Origin: Catajapyx aquilonaris
Lineage: Eukaryota
Direction: 5' to 3'
NCBI GenBank assembly: GCA_000934665.2
Contig: KZ539036.1
Span: 1 to 35,712 of the forward strand
Length of the DNA: 35,712 bases
The position numbers were made by a program, and so were the translations under genes. Numbering within the stretch: position 1 is the stretch's first letter; each line of letters opens with the position of its first letter. The notes under the pieces were generated by a model. It searched no databases and was not told where the DNA came from. It was given only the letters and a program-made list of their open reading frames with translations. Below, one piece after another: positions 34,521 through 35,712 of the stretch.

Positions 34521-35364
34521 TCACGAGGGTGAGCAAGAGAAAGAGAGAAAGTGAGAGTCATTTCAAACCAAGTGCACGGATCCCCAGGATGCACCTTGGA
34601 AACCCTCATTTCCATCCAGCAGCTGCAAGCCTCCCAGCGCTTCCAAAACCAATGCCTAAATGTAGATGTCTAAACAACAGAGTGTAGACACCAAAAAAGT
34701 ATTTTGGCCATCCCGTGACAAACCCCTATTTGCCTGCCCTTTGTAGTTGAGCTGTGCACACTCCTAGAGGGCTCTAGTGGTGCCGTACTGATTTGAGATG
34801 GGAGCAAAGCATGGCGCTGGGATGCAGCTTATCCCCATCTCTACCCTGAAACAAGGCACACAGGAGATGATTTTTTTCCTCTTTTTTTTAGTGCTTACAT
34901 CAGGGGAAGGATATGATTTTGGCCTCTAGTCTTCTCTGCCTTTGGCAATGGCAGCTTGTTTTTTTTCTTCAATGCTTCCCCTTTTTAAGAAAAAAAAGAC
35001 GATTTCCTTGTTGTTGTAGTTGACCACCTGTTCCTGCCTTTCGTTTCTCCTATATCATCGTGTCTCCTAACACCTACTGTTTGTCCTTTGTTAAGCATTT
35101 ACTCCTTTGGTTGTGCACATTCCACACACGTCCAGAAGAAGCCAAAAAATAGTTCATTTGGATGAATGTGTATGTAAGACCTTTTATTTTGTGGGTTATT
35201 TTAGTGTGTTTCCAGAATGGGTTTTGCTGCTGCCGCTAATGTCTCATAGCCTGATGTATATACATACACAAAACCTACACATAGATATGTATATTAACTT
35301 AGGTGAGAAACTGCGAGTGTGAATGTGCACGTGTGACTCTACAGATAGACAACCAGGAGCTGAA

Positions 35365-35663
35365 AATAAAAATGTTATTTGTACACAAAACAATAATTTG
35401 CAGTGTTGTTATTTCTCTGGCATCCTGAGGTCTTGTTACTCAGCACGGTGGGTGTGGAGTGGAGCTGGTGTGTGCAACAACAGATTAAAATTTGTGTCAC
35501 ATTTTGAACAGAAATGTTGCTGCCTACTTGCCCCATCCGTCATGCAGACTTGGTGAAACGGCCTTTAGTCCTGCTAGTCACTTGTCCAACATATATCACA
35601 ACTTACTAATAGTCTGGGGGTTAAGGACGAGAAATGAGCTGAACTATGCATTTTGTGAATAAA
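35365..35663 (+). terminator. Candidate MFSD14 polyadenylation signals
   Basis: AATAAA at 35365-35370 and 35658-35663, downstream of the stop codon; which one is used (if either) is unknown. Confidence 0.35.
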
Positions 35664-35712
35664 AGGTGCCGCTTTGCACATAAACTAATTCGACCCTTCC
35701 GAACATTTCTGG

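Noticed and set aside
1..35712. CRISPR arrays, rRNA/tRNA genes, prokaryotic operons, intact transposase or RT genes
   Set aside because: None seen; the sequence is spliceosomal-intron-rich eukaryotic DNA, and the remaining short ORFs are consistent with chance.

Overview
Eukaryotic (invertebrate animal, probably arthropod; inferred) genomic DNA carrying two intron-containing genes head-to-tail on the + strand. The first is a class-3 aldehyde dehydrogenase of the fatty-aldehyde/ALDH3A2 type: 9 coding exons, 7293-16900, about 501 aa, with catalytic Cys/Glu/Asn and a C-terminal hydrophobic tail. The second is a HIAT1/MFSD14 major-facilitator transporter: 7 coding exons, 18442-34520, about 508 aa. 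Every intron is GT-AG and exon phases join without a frameshift. Non-coding DNA holds several short non-autonomous DNA transposons (MITEs), a ~620-700 bp foldback in an ALDH intron, tRNA-derived SINE remnants, a possible LINE fragment, microsatellites and one assembly gap. Main observations: (1) a strong-context 24-codon upstream ORF encoding a CxCxCxC peptide that stops 7 nt before the MFSD14 start; (2) a compact promoter with two CRE palindromes, a GCCACGTG element and two YY1-type motifs; (3) a pre-miRNA-shaped intronic hairpin; (4) a sharp change from CpG-rich to CpG-poor DNA at the MFSD14 gene body; (5) an excess of TACWGTA heptamers resembling Tc1/mariner excision footprints in the left half. 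All counts were made by eye and no database search was run.
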